DNA of 64,000 bases from Eukaryota sp. GEM-RC1 (taxonomy: Eukaryota), in contig JAUFOQ010000004.1 in the NCBI GenBank assembly GCA_040285855.1, positions 806,001 through 870,000 of the forward strand, given 5' to 3'. The number at the start of each line of letters is the position of its first letter. Position 1 is the first letter of the stretch. The position numbers and the translations under genes are program-made. This document shows positions 52,050 to 64,000 of this stretch, in pieces. Below the pieces are notes generated by a model that worked only from the letters and a program-made list of their open reading frames with translations, did no database searches and was not told where the DNA came from.

Positions 52050-52520
52050 AAGTTCCATTATTTATTTTTCCATTTGGAAAATAAACAGATATTTTTAGAC
52101 GTGTTTCATGACTACTTTCCGAGTTGTAATACTTACACTGCTGAAGATTCCAACGTCCTTCACTCAATCTCATTTGAGAAAAATGTTGTGAAAGTGTTGA
52201 AAAGCGCAGAAAATGAGTTAACCGAGGATGAACGACAGTCTTTAGTTAGATTTAAAAGAGAGCCCTGTAACCCTCAATTGAGCCAAGTGAACTTCGATGT
52301 TGTGTCCCAATTGAATGAGTCTGCCAACCGTATTTCGCGACACCAACCTCTCTTTCATTCCCGAAGAGTGCGACTTATAAAGAGTGCGACAGATTGTTCG
52401 TGCGTAGAACAATTGGTGATCATTGCTTTGGTCTCACAGCAGGATCGTTGAAAACACAACTTTTCCTTCACCCCAAACCGTTAGAGCTGTAATGAGGAAG
52501 AACAACCCGTGTGAAAGGGT
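52050..52520 (+). pseudogene. Possible decayed transposase C-terminus
   Basis: FEKNVVKVL..ENELTEDERQSL.RF and a later LHPKPLEL resemble C-termini of hAT-like transposases in protists; weak. Confidence 0.3.
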
Positions 52521-52555
52521 CATTGATGTAAGTGCTTAGTTATTAGATTAGTTGT

Positions 52556-53650
52556 TTAAAAAACGCCTTTTATTTACTCTTACAAATACAAACTATCATC
52601 AATATTAACAAATGAGATACCAATACCTCTATATCATCTCAAATTCATGTCTCAATGCAAAGAGACGGTTCAAAATTGAATCAAAATACCTAAACAATGC
52701 TTTGAAAAGGGAAAACGACAACCTTCCTCTCCAGTAACTTTCATTAAAATTCTTTCCATACTGCTTACACAATTTGCCAAAATCTGTGAGAAATTGTTGA
52801 CCGAAGCAACCAAACGTACCATAAAGAGAAATAGCAAAAGGATGAAAAACAAAAGGATTGTGTCGGCGAGAATTCATCTTGGAAATTAATTCGCCATAAC
52901 GATCAAATTTTTTCCTTTCAGCAGTTTCAAGAGCTGAATAGTTTTCGTCTAAAATTTTGTTAACAGAAGTTGAGTTACAGGGATCAACCGTAGTAAAGTC
53001 CATAATTATTTCTTGAGAGGACAACCAAGGACCAATCAAATCACCTCTACTCTTATCCCTCATAATTGGAGTCAGACAAAGTATTTAATACTGGTTCGAT
53101 TTTCCCATGAAAACCATTGCTCTTAAACAATTCTAAACATTGATCACGTAAACTGTTGTGAATAATTGATCTTAAATGAATAAACTTATGACAGTTGACC
53201 ACACGATGGAAAGAGGCTAAAGAAGAACCACACACACAAGTAGACTTTTGCAGGAGACCAACAGGCCATAAACCCAACCTCAAACGAATGTTGATAAGCC
53301 ATTCATGATCTTTTAAGTTGAAACTATATCTTTGAGGATATCGAGTAATCAAAGTAGAAGCCTCGTCACTAGAAATGTCTTTCAAAAAAGCACAAAAAGC
53401 GGGACTCTCGATTTTAGCCAAGCTAATACAATTGTTAAAGTCCAAGCTTTCATGATAGTTGATAAATTGCTTCTGCAATTTACGGACACATAGTGGTAAG
53501 GAGAACAAACATCTTTGAGGGATCTTAGTAACAGATATGGGGAAAGGAGACGCCCATATATCAGCATCAAGGTTCTCAATCTGATCTTGCAGACTAGTTA
53601 ACCATGAACACGGGGAAGATGAGAGAAAACGATGATCAAGCCAAAGATCA
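52556..53650 (-). mobile_element. 5'-truncated CRE retrotransposon (third subfamily)
   Basis: CVCG..HRVVNC, IHNSLRD, RGDLI, DFTTVD, ERKKFDRY and PFAISLYG motifs with frameshifts, plus a 3' UTR shared with 1272-1516. Confidence 0.9.
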
Positions 53651-53801
53651 GTAAAATAAATATCGTAGCTATATATTTAAGCAAATGTTTGGTATTTTCT
53701 TTAAATATTTTTTACCAGGCCCTGCATGTACAGTACAATGTAGTACTGTATTGTTGAAGGGATTTGATTGAAGTTCTGTTTATTTCCAACAGCATCAACT
53801 T

Positions 53802-54128
53802 ATGTTAAAGTCCACCCAACTAAACATCAGTAACTCCTTAATACATTGCTTTGTTTACTCATTAGATCGATCCTTCTTCTGTTGGATAGGCGATGATGAT
53901 AAACTAGACCAACTCTCTATTTCTTTCCCTTCAACATCAGAATCCTCCGTTTCATCTCAGTTCTTTGGTAAGGATAATTCTGGTTTCATCACCGAGATGG
54001 CTAACAGACTATCTGCAAAGTTCAAACAACCAGTATTGATAGGAGGTTCAATCAATCCAAAGGATTATGAATCTTGGATCCTTGTGGAACGATCTCTAAT
54101 ACAACTCATTCAAGAATGCACAAGCTAA
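53802..54128 (+). CDS. PSMG4: Proteasome assembly chaperone 4 (PAC4)-like
   Basis: SFFCWIG..L..LSISFP..VSSQFFG..MANRLSAKFKQPVLI matches the PAC4 pattern; 108 aa. Confidence 0.72.
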   Translation: MLKSTQLNISNSLIHCFVYSLDRSFFCWIGDDDKLDQLSISFPSTSESSVSSQFFGKDNSGFITEMANRLSAKFKQPVLIGGSINPKDYESWILVERSLIQLIQECTS

Positions 54129-54293
54129 GAACGATGAAACGGCCTGAATTCTTTCTAGGATAGACGCTATGTCCAAGTTGGTTCTCTTGGACTTTGTAAT
54201 TAAGATGCTCTTTAAAGACATGACGATGACTTAAAAGCAGAGTGTATCTAACACAATAAAGGAAACACCAGTTACCAATGTACACAGCTTTTA

Positions 54294-55034
54294 TTATACA
54301 GAAAACAATTCTTCAATCTGTCGTACAGTATCTTCAGGACTTGTAACAGTATGACCAACAACACGTGGATCTGCAAAGATCTCATAATCATTACCACCAA
54401 GATAGGTTTTGTCACCAAAGAAGTGAATTTCCGTAAATTGGTGAACAAACTGCAGGCAATAGGTTTTGTCCCAACCTTGAGGAAATATATCAAAAGACAC
54501 TTGTCCTCCTATCGAAAAGGTCAAGTTCCAAGAAGCAAATGTTGTTTTCAGCTTGGTTATGAGTTTCTCCCGGACCTTATGTTCCTTGTCATACTCATAG
54601 AATGCATCCCGTTCCTTTTGACTTACACTACGACCAACAGGTGACACATTGAGCATTCCGGTTCGGAACTCAACAAATGTACCCCTTTTGAAAGGAAGTT
54701 CTATCTGTGATAGTTCTGAGAGAATGCCATTGATGAGGATTTGCATTCTGGATTCACCCAGAAAGTCAACCATTGAACCTTGATGAACGAGAGTACCATT
54801 TTGATAGGCTACAAGACCATTCTCAGCAAAAACGTAGTCATAATCAGAGTGAACTGATTCTCCCAACTGTTCCTTTTGCTTTATGGCATCTGACCCACCA
54901 ACAACACCGACAGCAACAGATTGTTTAAGTTGTTGAAGAAGAGCTAGCATTTCTGGAGAAGCTTGTTGACGAGGAGGAGTTAAAGTTCCATCAATATCAA
55001 ACAGAACAATTGTGTTAGAACGTGAAAAAGTCAT
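54294..55034 (-). CDS. PMM: Phosphomannomutase (eukaryotic HAD type)
   Basis: FDIDGTLT, VGGSD, FAENG, RGTFVEFRTGMLNVSPVGR, GWDKTYCL and FFGDKT..GGNDYEI motifs; first ATG at 55034. Confidence 0.97.
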   Translation of the reverse strand: MTFSRSNTIVLFDIDGTLTPPRQQASPEMLALLQQLKQSVAVGVVGGSDAIKQKEQLGESVHSDYDYVFAENGLVAYQNGTLVHQGSMVDFLGESRMQILINGILSELSQIELPFKRGTFVEFRTGMLNVSPVGRSVSQKERDAFYEYDKEHKVREKLITKLKTTFASWNLTFSIGGQVSFDIFPQGWDKTYCLQFVHQFTEIHFFGDKTYLGGNDYEIFADPRVVGHTVTSPEDTVRQIEELFSV

Positions 55035-55423
55035 GGGAGTTGACAAAGAGTCAGAAGGGACTGGGTTTGTTCAGAGAAGAAGTTTTGAATCTCTTTGATT
55101 GGAAATTCCTCCTAAAAGTGAAGATTTCCTATTCTAATACATGTACATGTACTGTACTTAGAGCCAACTTACTACAAGGTAGTAGTAATAGAGAAATCAT
55201 GTCGCTTTGAAATCAATCGTTAATGTGGATAAACCTGCTTTATATAAGGCCGAAGTCTCAAGTGATTTCAGTTTCAGTGGAAATGGCTCACCAAATGTTT
55301 ATTACACTTTCTAGTAAAGAAAAAGCGACACAGTTACACAATACAGTATTCAACTAACGAATTTCGAGACATCTTCAGTATTGCCATGAGGAGATAAATA
55401 CACAGATTTGATCATTATGACAC

Positions 55424-55510
55424 TACCTAACTGTACCAAATTGATGATGAGATACCTAACTGTACCAAATTGATGATGAGATACCTAACTGTACCAAATT
55501 GATGATGAGA
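55424..55510. repeat. Perfect 29-bp tandem repeat x3
   Basis: TACCTAACTGTACCAAATTGATGATGAGA three times with no spacers. Confidence 0.95.
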
Positions 55511-55621
55511 GAGGATTCATGTATCAGACTGACCTTGTAAACGTCATCACTGCATGAAGAGAAAGATAGCATATACAGAAATCAAAGAAGAAGTAAAAGT
55601 AGAAGACTACTGATGATCGTA

Positions 55622-55903
55622 CTACAGTAAGGGTGCCAACTTTTCGAGTTTCTGCTTGTAGAGGGAAATTTCAACAGAAAGACCGCATAGAGTGGCATTA
55701 GTTGAACGTTCTTCCTGAATGAGCTGTTGATTTTCTAATATCAGAGCCCTGAGCTGTTCCCTGTCCCCCTTGACCAGTGAAAGTAGTTCTGTCATATTGC
55801 CATCATTAGAAGTCTCCAGTGAATCTAATTCACTAAGGATGCCTTCAGCTACTTGCCATGTTTGCTTAGAAATGTCTTTAGAAGTGGAAGGAGAGGCAGA
55901 CAT
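55622..55903 (-). CDS. Small coiled-coil protein, weakly Snapin/pallidin (BLOC-1)-like
   Basis: ATG-started 93-aa helical ORF; AEGIL...EISLYKQKL loosely resembles Snapin/pallidin. Confidence 0.4.
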   Translation of the reverse strand: MSASPSTSKDISKQTWQVAEGILSELDSLETSNDGNMTELLSLVKGDREQLRALILENQQLIQEERSTNATLCGLSVEISLYKQKLEKLAPLL

Positions 55904-56216
55904 TCTGGTTTGAAATTCAAGTACATGTACAAGAAGTACCCAATACCTTCCACTACAATAAGTCGTAGTCAGGACTTATCAAAACCTTAAGGATGGTAGT
56001 TTCGTGATCATCTTTATGTTCGTGGGGGGATTATACTGCTGAAGAGCGTGTATAGTCAGTCTTCCATTCTTTTGATCCTGTATCTGTTGAACAACGACTC
56101 TTATATCTTTACGGATACTGACTGTTCTACGTTTACTCCGCTACTTCTTTTCAATGTGTCCATAACACAATTCATAATGTATTTATTAGGGAAAAAGTTC
56201 TAAAAACATTAATTGT

Positions 56217-56586
56217 AAGAGTTTATTTGCAACAATAAATTAATACATACTAATTCAGAAAATGAAAGAAGTTAAATTCTCCACATCGACACGAGAATTG
56301 TCCCTATACAACTTCGAATAAATGGAATATAAATACTTGGGAATGCTTCTATAAAGAGCGAACATAATTCGATTAATCCATACAGCGCTATTAAACACCT
56401 TGCCATTAGAACGACATAAAAGACTAAAATCACTGAAAAACTTTAAACCTCCTGGACCAATATTACCAAAAATTGAAATTGCAAATGGAACAAATGAAAA
56501 CTTAGAATATAGATTTTCATTAAGCTTTTGCAAAACATCCGCATAATTTGAACACTTTCGCTGTTCAGCCTTTACCAGATGACCAT
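56217..56586 (-). mobile_element. Short 3' CRE fragment, near-identical to 46432-46801
   Basis: Same 3' UTR end (aataaactctt) and same C-terminal codons. Confidence 0.92.
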
Positions 56587-57250
56587 AAAAATAGTTATGG
56601 TTATAGTCCTAAGAAATATAATTCATCAAATAATTCGAAAAATGATGTACATTGTAACTTTTTCTGAAAAAGGCCGCATTTCTAGCCTTTACTTGAATAC
56701 ATAGCTAGAAATTATGAACTAGAAATTCCAGAAAACAAAGAACTTAACTAACTCAGTACTTAACTATGCGATTGGGTCTATATGGTAGTACATGTCAATA
56801 TATAAAAGAGCATTATAACACATTGTACGGTGATAATAAACTACCTACAACAACTAAACAAATGGAATCAAGAAATAGACATGTGTCTAAGTCACATGTG
56901 ATTTCCATTGCCGGATCGATTCAATGTACAGACGCCCAGTTGTTGATAATGAAACACACAAGACGTTTGCGCCGAAGAGTTTTATTAAATTTTCCTTTAA
57001 TCACGACACAATTTTGAAATCAAACAAATCCTAAGCAGCACTTACAGTATTGAATACCAAGAATCGATATAACAAAATACATAAATTGTTAAAGGAAGAA
57101 TAGAAGTTGGAATACAGTTTCTTCATATTGTCAGAATACACATCAATATGTCTTTTTTCAGCTTGGTATAAATGTTTTTCAGAATGACTCCAAACTGACT
57201 TGACTTGAAATACACGTTTTTGCATAACTGCACGTAGTATAAATTAACAC

Positions 57251-57607
57251 TTGTTGATCACTGATTTAACCTTAAAATGTTTATTGACCCACATTACCAT
57301 ACTCATGTTTTTGCAAAGGATGGAAATGTTATCCAACGTTCTCTGCTGCAAATGTATTTCTATAGTAGAATCAGCACTTAACTCTCGTGTATTCAGACGA
57401 ATTGTTTTTCCTGTTAAGCGAAAGCAGACACACAATGATTGTGGAATTTATGTTATAGAGTATATCCAACAATTTTTACACACTCAAAATGAACTTCAAA
57501 ACCTGTCTGCCGCTGAATCGTCCTTGCTTGATTTGGAAATTGATGCTCTTGCTGTTCGAAAAGAAATTCACTCGTATCGTGAATCACCTAAACCATCTGA
57601 GGAGTAG
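57251..57607 (+). pseudogene. Ulp1/C48 cysteine protease C-terminal fragment
   Basis: KQTHNDCGIYVIEYI matches the Q-x-N/H-x-DCG catalytic motif; the upstream part is broken. Confidence 0.6.
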
Positions 57608-58953
57608 GAAGAATCTGAAGAAGAAAAACTGGGAGAAACATTAGAAACAGTAAATATTGCCTCAGATTTATCTCAACAGCCTTGTCTCAACCATTGGCTA
57701 AAAAATCGTTAACAGACCTACCACCAAAAATACAGACCTCCATTTTGTTATATCATCGTCCATACAAAAAGTCACACTTATTATGGAAGAAAGTTTACAC
57801 ACTGAACCTGTAAAAGAAGTTGTTTCTGTAGACACCTTAGTTTCTTTGTCTGAAAAAGAACCCCATAAACCTCACAAAAGAGGAGTTACTCCTCCATTTA
57901 AGAAATCTAATCTTACTGAATTAACAGAATCAGAAGAAATCACTACGTTTTGTTTAATTGATTTTAAAACATGGATTACTGATACAAAACATAACTTGGA
58001 AAATACAGCCACTCCCTGGAAAATAATACAACAAATACAAAAAATACACTAAATACAGAATAATACAAAATAACTCGACCTAAGACAACTTTCGCAAAAG
58101 TCATGAAGAAAACTATTTCTTTTAAAGGAACAATGACTAACATTATACGGGTTTCACAACCAAACTAAAAATAACAAAACATCAAAAATACCCAAACAAA
58201 TACCAGGAAGCCATTACTTAGTTTGCCGTCTTTTCTGAGCAGAAAGAAGGCTTATCCAACCTACTTTTTAATCGTTCCACATGTTGGGATTCCCCAAAAA
58301 CTTCAGGAGGATTGGGTTTTGTTCATCATCAAGACGACTTTGTAACAACAATATGTAGTATATTCATCAACTGTACTTGCAATTCATCTTCCAATAAACC
58401 ACAGTTGCATATGCTACCTTTATTGTCATCATCAAAAACAGCTATGTTCTCGAGAAGAAGTACATCAACACGAGATCTTTGACCATCCTATATGTACTCA
58501 TACCTCCATTGATAGTTAAAAAAGTTAAACACTACCTGTTTTGTAAAGTTGATGCAAATTAGATTGTAGATCTAGGTAACTATCCAATGTTCCATGTGAA
58601 GGACCTTTCGGCCTTTGTCACTGTTGATGGTCAAGAAAAGACCAATTGGTGTCCTGTATGTTTCAAAATTACGATCAACACGTAGAAATAGAGAAAATTG
58701 AACAGTATATCTTCATCCAAAGATTGTGTGGTACCATTTTATATATAAAAATACAAAGAATACAGTAATAATTCAGCATGAAAAAATACAAAAAATACAG
58801 TATTTATCGAGTATGAGAAAATACAGAAAATAAAAAATACAGTGTTTGTTTTTTCCAAGTATGTACAAAGCAAATTGATGCAAAAATTCTCAAAGCAACA
58901 TATACAGTATTGCCTAAAAAAATGGCGACTCAGATGATATTGAAGATGACTCC

Positions 58954-60033
58954 GTGGAACAAGAGGATGCTGATATACCTAAAATCAGAAAAGAGTTGAA
59001 GCATCCAGAACAGAACTGTTTGCAAATCATCTTTATGAGTTTCAAATTTTTCTATACTAATTTCACTTCAACTGTAATTCTTAGTAAAAAGAACATAAAC
59101 AATACCTTCAAAACTGTCAGAATGGTTGTTTGTGCTTCAGAAGAAGCCATGATTGGGGAACTTATCCAAGTTTTATGTCAAACAAAACCCAGATTGTTGA
59201 TTGGATATAACACTGAGAAACTTTTGTTTCCATTTTTGATTAAACGGTGTGAACTGTTTAAGATTCAGACCAATTTTCATTTAGATCATTCATACAGACC
59301 CTATGTACCCAACTGGTTTCATAGATGGTGTAAGCTTTACAATTTTGGATCCTTTGTTTCTCTAGACTTGGCAAATGTTACAAAATCTACTTATGTCTTC
59401 AAAGGTGGTTGAAGTTTGGAAAATGTTTGTTCAAAACTGTTTCGTAAACACGTACCGAATTTCATTGTGTCGTCATTAGAATTAACTACGTGCTTCACAG
59501 AATTTCAAAAAGTAGTACCAGGCATAACCGTTAACAAGGAAATGGAGAAAGAGTTTAACTTACTCGCACACAACAAGCAAACCTTCAAACCGAGGACTGA
59601 TAATGCAAAAGTAATTACTCTGGTTGAAGATTTACTTCAACGAATTAACTGTTTAACTGATCTACACGAATATTTCTTTGATGAAGAAACTCAACATGTT
59701 CTAGAGCGCCATCCAATTAAAGTAGTGAAAAAGGGATTGGAGAAAGTTATTAAAGATCAGAATAATATTGTATTAATTAAAGACTGTGTTAAAGACGGCA
59801 ATCAAAGAGCAACAGTAAGGGGTTCTAATTTTTTGAAACATCTCCTTATTTGTGAGTTTGAAAGACAACGTTTGGAGTCAATAGAACGAGACTTAATGTA
59901 CGAACATGATTTTGATTCGTTGACACTACAACAGCACCAAACGATCTTCCTGATTTATCATACACAAATTTTTCAGTGTTCTTACCAGATTTTACAAAAT
60001 TTCTTAGCCACACTTCAATTCAACAAGTGTTGA
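58954..60033 (+). pseudogene. Decayed family-B DNA polymerase 3'-5' exonuclease-like region
   Basis: SEEAMIGEL..KPRLLIGYN..FPFLIKRC..SLDL..Y..*SLENVC follows the RNA-primed PolB exonuclease pattern. In-frame TGA at 59410; the ExoII Asp is not conserved. Confidence 0.55.
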
Positions 60034-61131
60034 GACGGATGTATGTGAAGAAATCAACTGGTTCTTCAATTACACAGTCAGATTTAGAAATATCAAGAGC
60101 AGAGGCTCAAACAGTACTTGACGACTCCCAAAAACCACAAGATTAGATTTTAATGACGTTGAAAAGAATAGTTTGAGTTAACCAAAAGGTATTAATTAAA
60201 GTTTGTTTTAAAGGACTGTGATATGTTGAAAATTACTTTCGCCATTGAAAAACCAAAAACCAAAGAATTTGGTGTCTTAAACAGATCAAAGTAAGGAGAA
60301 GTGACTCACAATGCCCTTTCAAAAGAAGGAGTTCAATGGTAGTACTGTAAAGCAGAGAAACTAAAAAGATGAACAAGACTGTCTACCAGAGCCAAAAACG
60401 AGGTAAATGGAGGTAATGAAGTCATTGAGATGGATAAGGCAAAGAAAGACGAGATGTAAACAGCGACTGCTAACATTGAACACACAAGAGCAAATATTTG
60501 TATTCATCTCTGCGTGTCAAAATTCTCCTTCCCCCCCTTTTTGATTTCACCTCGAATTTCCTGATCTTTGTTTGATGCTATTACATAGACTTTGATGCTT
60601 TGATTCGTTCTTGATTGATCCGATGTTAAGATTTCGTTCATCAGTGATCACTGGGATTCAAGGACGGCACTATGTCACACTTGTTGAACGATGTGTGGAT
60701 TGATTAGCACAATGTGGAAATCCATCTTCCGCATTCTCTATAGTCCGTAGTTGTCATTGGATTGATCCTCGTCGGAGTTTATTGACTTCTTTTCTTGAGA
60801 AATCAGTAGTAGAAAGTCTTCAGTTGTTGATATATTCACAGCGGTGCTAAGATTTGTCTCAACAAAGGGATTCTCTTTGATGGTTCCAAACTGGTTGCAG
60901 AACATTATGAACCTGTACTGGGACTCTTGTTTCATTATTGTACAATGTATTATTATTAGAATTCTGTAATTGTTTACAGTGCTGTCAAAGCTTTTTATGA
61001 GACAATGAAGACTGTCCAACTAAATTTCTACTCCCAAAAGTACATTGTTCTGTTTTAGCATGTATGGCAGTTTTTCATTTTAACTAATCTTGAACCAAAA
61101 TTTCAAATTTTATGAATACATTTCTACACAT

Positions 61132-62095
61132 CTAAGTTCTAGAGACTCCAGCTCCTCGCTCAGTTTGTCCCTCAATTCTTTCTCCTCTTTTCTCTTGTTG
61201 CAATCCAGTTTGAGAGGCAAAGTTTTCAAAGGTCATCATGTTACTCCAACAACTCTTGCAAAATTCCTGGTCTGGCTTAATAGGTTCTGAAGCAAGATAT
61301 TGGTACATCTTTTGGAAAGCTTCATCAGAGAATTGATTCCAACTGGTCTGTTCAAAAGAACATCCAAGAATTCTAGCCATTTCTTGTGGAGTTTTGATAT
61401 CACTGCAGATTTCAATGACGCCATTGTGATGAGAAAGCTTTTGAGGATCTAAACAACAATCAGCTTCAGCACGACCACAATCTCGGACTGAACACATTGG
61501 TAACTTAACATTGGGAGAAAGAGGAAGGCAAAGTTTCTTTTGAGATCGGAGAGGTTGGCTGAGTTCTTCTTCAAAGAGCAAGTTCTCCATAAACCATGTT
61601 GGTCTGACAATGCTCTTGTTGCATTTACCATTGTCACGGAGGTAGCTTTCAAGACCGCACTTAGATTGGAAATGGGGAACCTCCTTGGCACTACAACATG
61701 CAGCCCAGCTGGTCAAGACAAAGTTCTGGACATTGGAAGAAATGGCTTGGTCAATAACTCTTTTGCCGTATTCAAATTCCAAAGAAGCACCTTCAGTGAC
61801 ATTATCAGCATATTCTTTAGGATTTTGAATCAGACAAACGGTATCAATGTCTTGAAGGGCATGACGAACGTTCTCGTGGTTGGCAATGTTGCCTTCAAAG
61901 ACCTCGAACTTGTTGTTGGAGCGGGAAACAACATCCTGTAGCTGATCGTTGCTGTGACGGCAGAAGCATCTAACCTTTCCCACAGTGGAGAAGTTATCGT
62001 GACTCAAAAGTGATTCAAGGAGAGAAGTTCCTTGCTGTGATGAGTTGTTATCAACGACATACTTTTCCAGAAGCACCAAAGACAAGAATGTTCAT
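61132..62095 (-). CDS. NmrA-like NAD(P)-binding protein (2 exons)
   Basis: Exon 1 MNILVFGASGK joins QGTSLL to give the GASGxQG Rossmann motif; also VPHFQSK and RPTWFMEN. Confidence 0.92.
62035..62062 (-). other. 28-nt GT-AG intron
   Basis: GTATGTCGTTGATAACAACTCATCACAG; its removal creates the NmrA nucleotide-binding motif. Confidence 0.92.
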
Positions 62096-63040
62096 GAAGG
62101 TTCAATAAGTGATGTTGCTGTAGAATTGCGGTATTCAAGTTCAACTGTAGACATTGGACAATTACTGACACTTATCATATTTGACATCATTTAATCATAA
62201 CAATTACCTATCAACTTCAAACCCTTGTTGCTTCCAGCCATAATCGTGTTTCTTCCCTATCACAACCAAAGATGCTGATTCTGAAACTGAGACTGTGGAC
62301 GTACAACACACTGAAAGAAATGACAGTGCGGCAACAATAGAATGAATTGACACAAGATCATCGTTTGAAGAAGACTTACACGGATGATGTTTCTGGAACC
62401 ATTCAGTTTATTACAGAGGAAACAAAATGTTTTTGTATAAGATCAGAATATAATTGTAATTTAGCAAGTCAAGTCAGACCCACATTCAACACTAAATTTG
62501 AGGTGACCTAAAAGTAGATTCTAGTGATGTGTAATGACAGTAACTTCTGTGTTTTAAAAAAAATGACTGAGAAAGAGACAAACAAGCAGTCCCATAAGTC
62601 AGGATGCGAGCAGATGACTCAGAAGTAATGTCCTACTTAATGATGTACGATAGTACATTGCTGGAACATCTTTTATTGATGAAATCTAGCCACAGATTCT
62701 CTGTAGTTAATACTATGACTAAGAACGATAGGAATAGTATTGTAAGTACTGACTCCTTCATTTTCAATATAGTTATTAATTTGAATTCCAGACTTAATAA
62801 AAGATATTTATTACAATAGATGTATAGTATACTAAATGAATGATGGGGCAATAACAAAATTTCTATCAGAATTTTGAATTTTTTGTCAAGGATCGGTTGA
62901 AACTGGAACAATAAAAGTCAACTTGTTACTACAAAACCCTCAATATTGGAGAAAAACCAGAATACTATTACACAAAATATTTGTTGGTATGTCACATCAT
63001 CACATGATGTGCTAACAAAGACTTATACGTGTGTTTTAGC

Positions 63041-63275
63041 TTAACACTTGATTCGACCAATTGATATTCTTTTAACGAGTTGTTTAGTTTCAGATCCAAT
63101 GAGGTTTCCATACAGTAACATCTCAGTGATTGAAGAATTTAATTCCAATGCTTGAGCCAATGCTATACCCCCTTCGTCACCAATGACATTGTCACAGAGA
63201 TCAATAATCTTCAATGATGAGTTTAGTCTTAGTGATTCAGCCAACATTTTAGCACCTCTGTTATCAATGTAAGTA
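63041..63275 (-). pseudogene. C-terminus of an RI/NLRC3-type leucine-rich repeat gene, interrupted by a pogo element
   Basis: IDNRGAKMLAESLRLNSSLKIIDLCDNVIGDEGGIALAQALELNSSI 28-aa LRRs; the reading frame runs up to the TA at 63274-5. Confidence 0.8.
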
Positions 63276-64000
63276 CAGTATCCTCTCTATATCTTCTCGC
63301 TGTATATCTTCTCACTCTCTATAAATTCTCGTTTTTTCAATTCCCTAAGTCATTTGGTTATCTAACTTCTCGCTTTATATCTTCTCGCTTTTTATGAGTC
63401 AAACTGTACAACAACGGAAACAAAAACCCGTAGAAATCGGTGTCAAACAGTCAGCACTACTCATTCAGTATGCTGACAAGTATCCACACTTAAAAAATAC
63501 CGCTCTAGCCCTGTGGGCCAAAGAAACCTTCAATCTTCCTACACCTCCTCACCGAACAACTATAGGAAAGATACTCAAACGACGTGCCCAAATTCTTGAA
63601 CAAGCAATTACACTGGAAAAGAACTTAAGACCATCGGCAAAAGGACACGAACAGTAAAATATCCTGAACTAGATGCAGCTCTTGCTTTGTTTGTGGAAAT
63701 GAACTCGTCACTGATGACAATCACTGAAGACGTCATTCTGGCTGAAGCTGAGAAGTTGTATGAAACGCTAGAGATCCCGTTAGAAGGGCATTTAAAACAT
63801 GGTGACGGACATTAATCAGGAGATTTATGACAATCATGAAGAAGATCTACAACCACAGGCTGAAGTCACTAGAACAGAAGCATATAATGCTCTTAGAGCT
63901 TTGCAATCCTATGTTTCTGCCAACTTTCACTCAAAACACGCCTCGTTATACACTTTGGATGAAGTTGAACGTGAGTTGGAGGAATTAAGAGTTGGAGAAT
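63276..64000 (+). mobile_element. pogo/Tigger element with internally deleted transposase (runs off the right edge)
   Basis: TA|CAGTATCCTCTC terminus and CENP-B-type HTHs (LALWAKETFNL..RTTIGKIL; YPELDAAL). These join directly to a Tigger-like C-terminus (EAYNALRALQSY) with no DDE domain. Confidence 0.85.

Noticed and set aside
55424..55510. 29-bp repeats as a CRISPR array
   Set aside because: The units are directly adjacent with no spacers, there are no cas genes, and the context is eukaryotic.

Overview
AT-rich, intron-poor eukaryotic (protist-like) genomic DNA using the standard genetic code, with tiny 28-32 nt spliceosomal introns. Single-base homopolymer indels are frequent and probably come from the assembly, since they even break CDC48. 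Housekeeping genes: CDC48/p97, phosphomannomutase, XRCC4-like, proteasome chaperone PAC4-like, NmrA-like and CCDC87-like. These lie among many transposon relics: one near-complete and several 5'-truncated CRE-clade RLE non-LTR retrotransposons, hAT and pogo/Tigger elements and MITEs with TIRs/TSDs, and a decayed Ulp1 + PolB-exonuclease-like segment. Two expanded ubiquitin-system families are the most notable content. (1) Three tandem genes encode a 2xCCCH zinc finger - La motif - RRM - RBR (RING1-IBR-RING2) E3 ligase, an RNA-binding ubiquitin ligase architecture I do not recognise. (2) Five BTB-coiled coil-SPRY genes (one cut by the window edge) plus a SPRY-only pseudogene have near-constant frameworks and hypervariable loops that appear shuffled between paralogues. 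Together these suggest a diversifying, ubiquitin-based recognition or defence system (inference). All family assignments are from motif recognition by eye; no searches were run.
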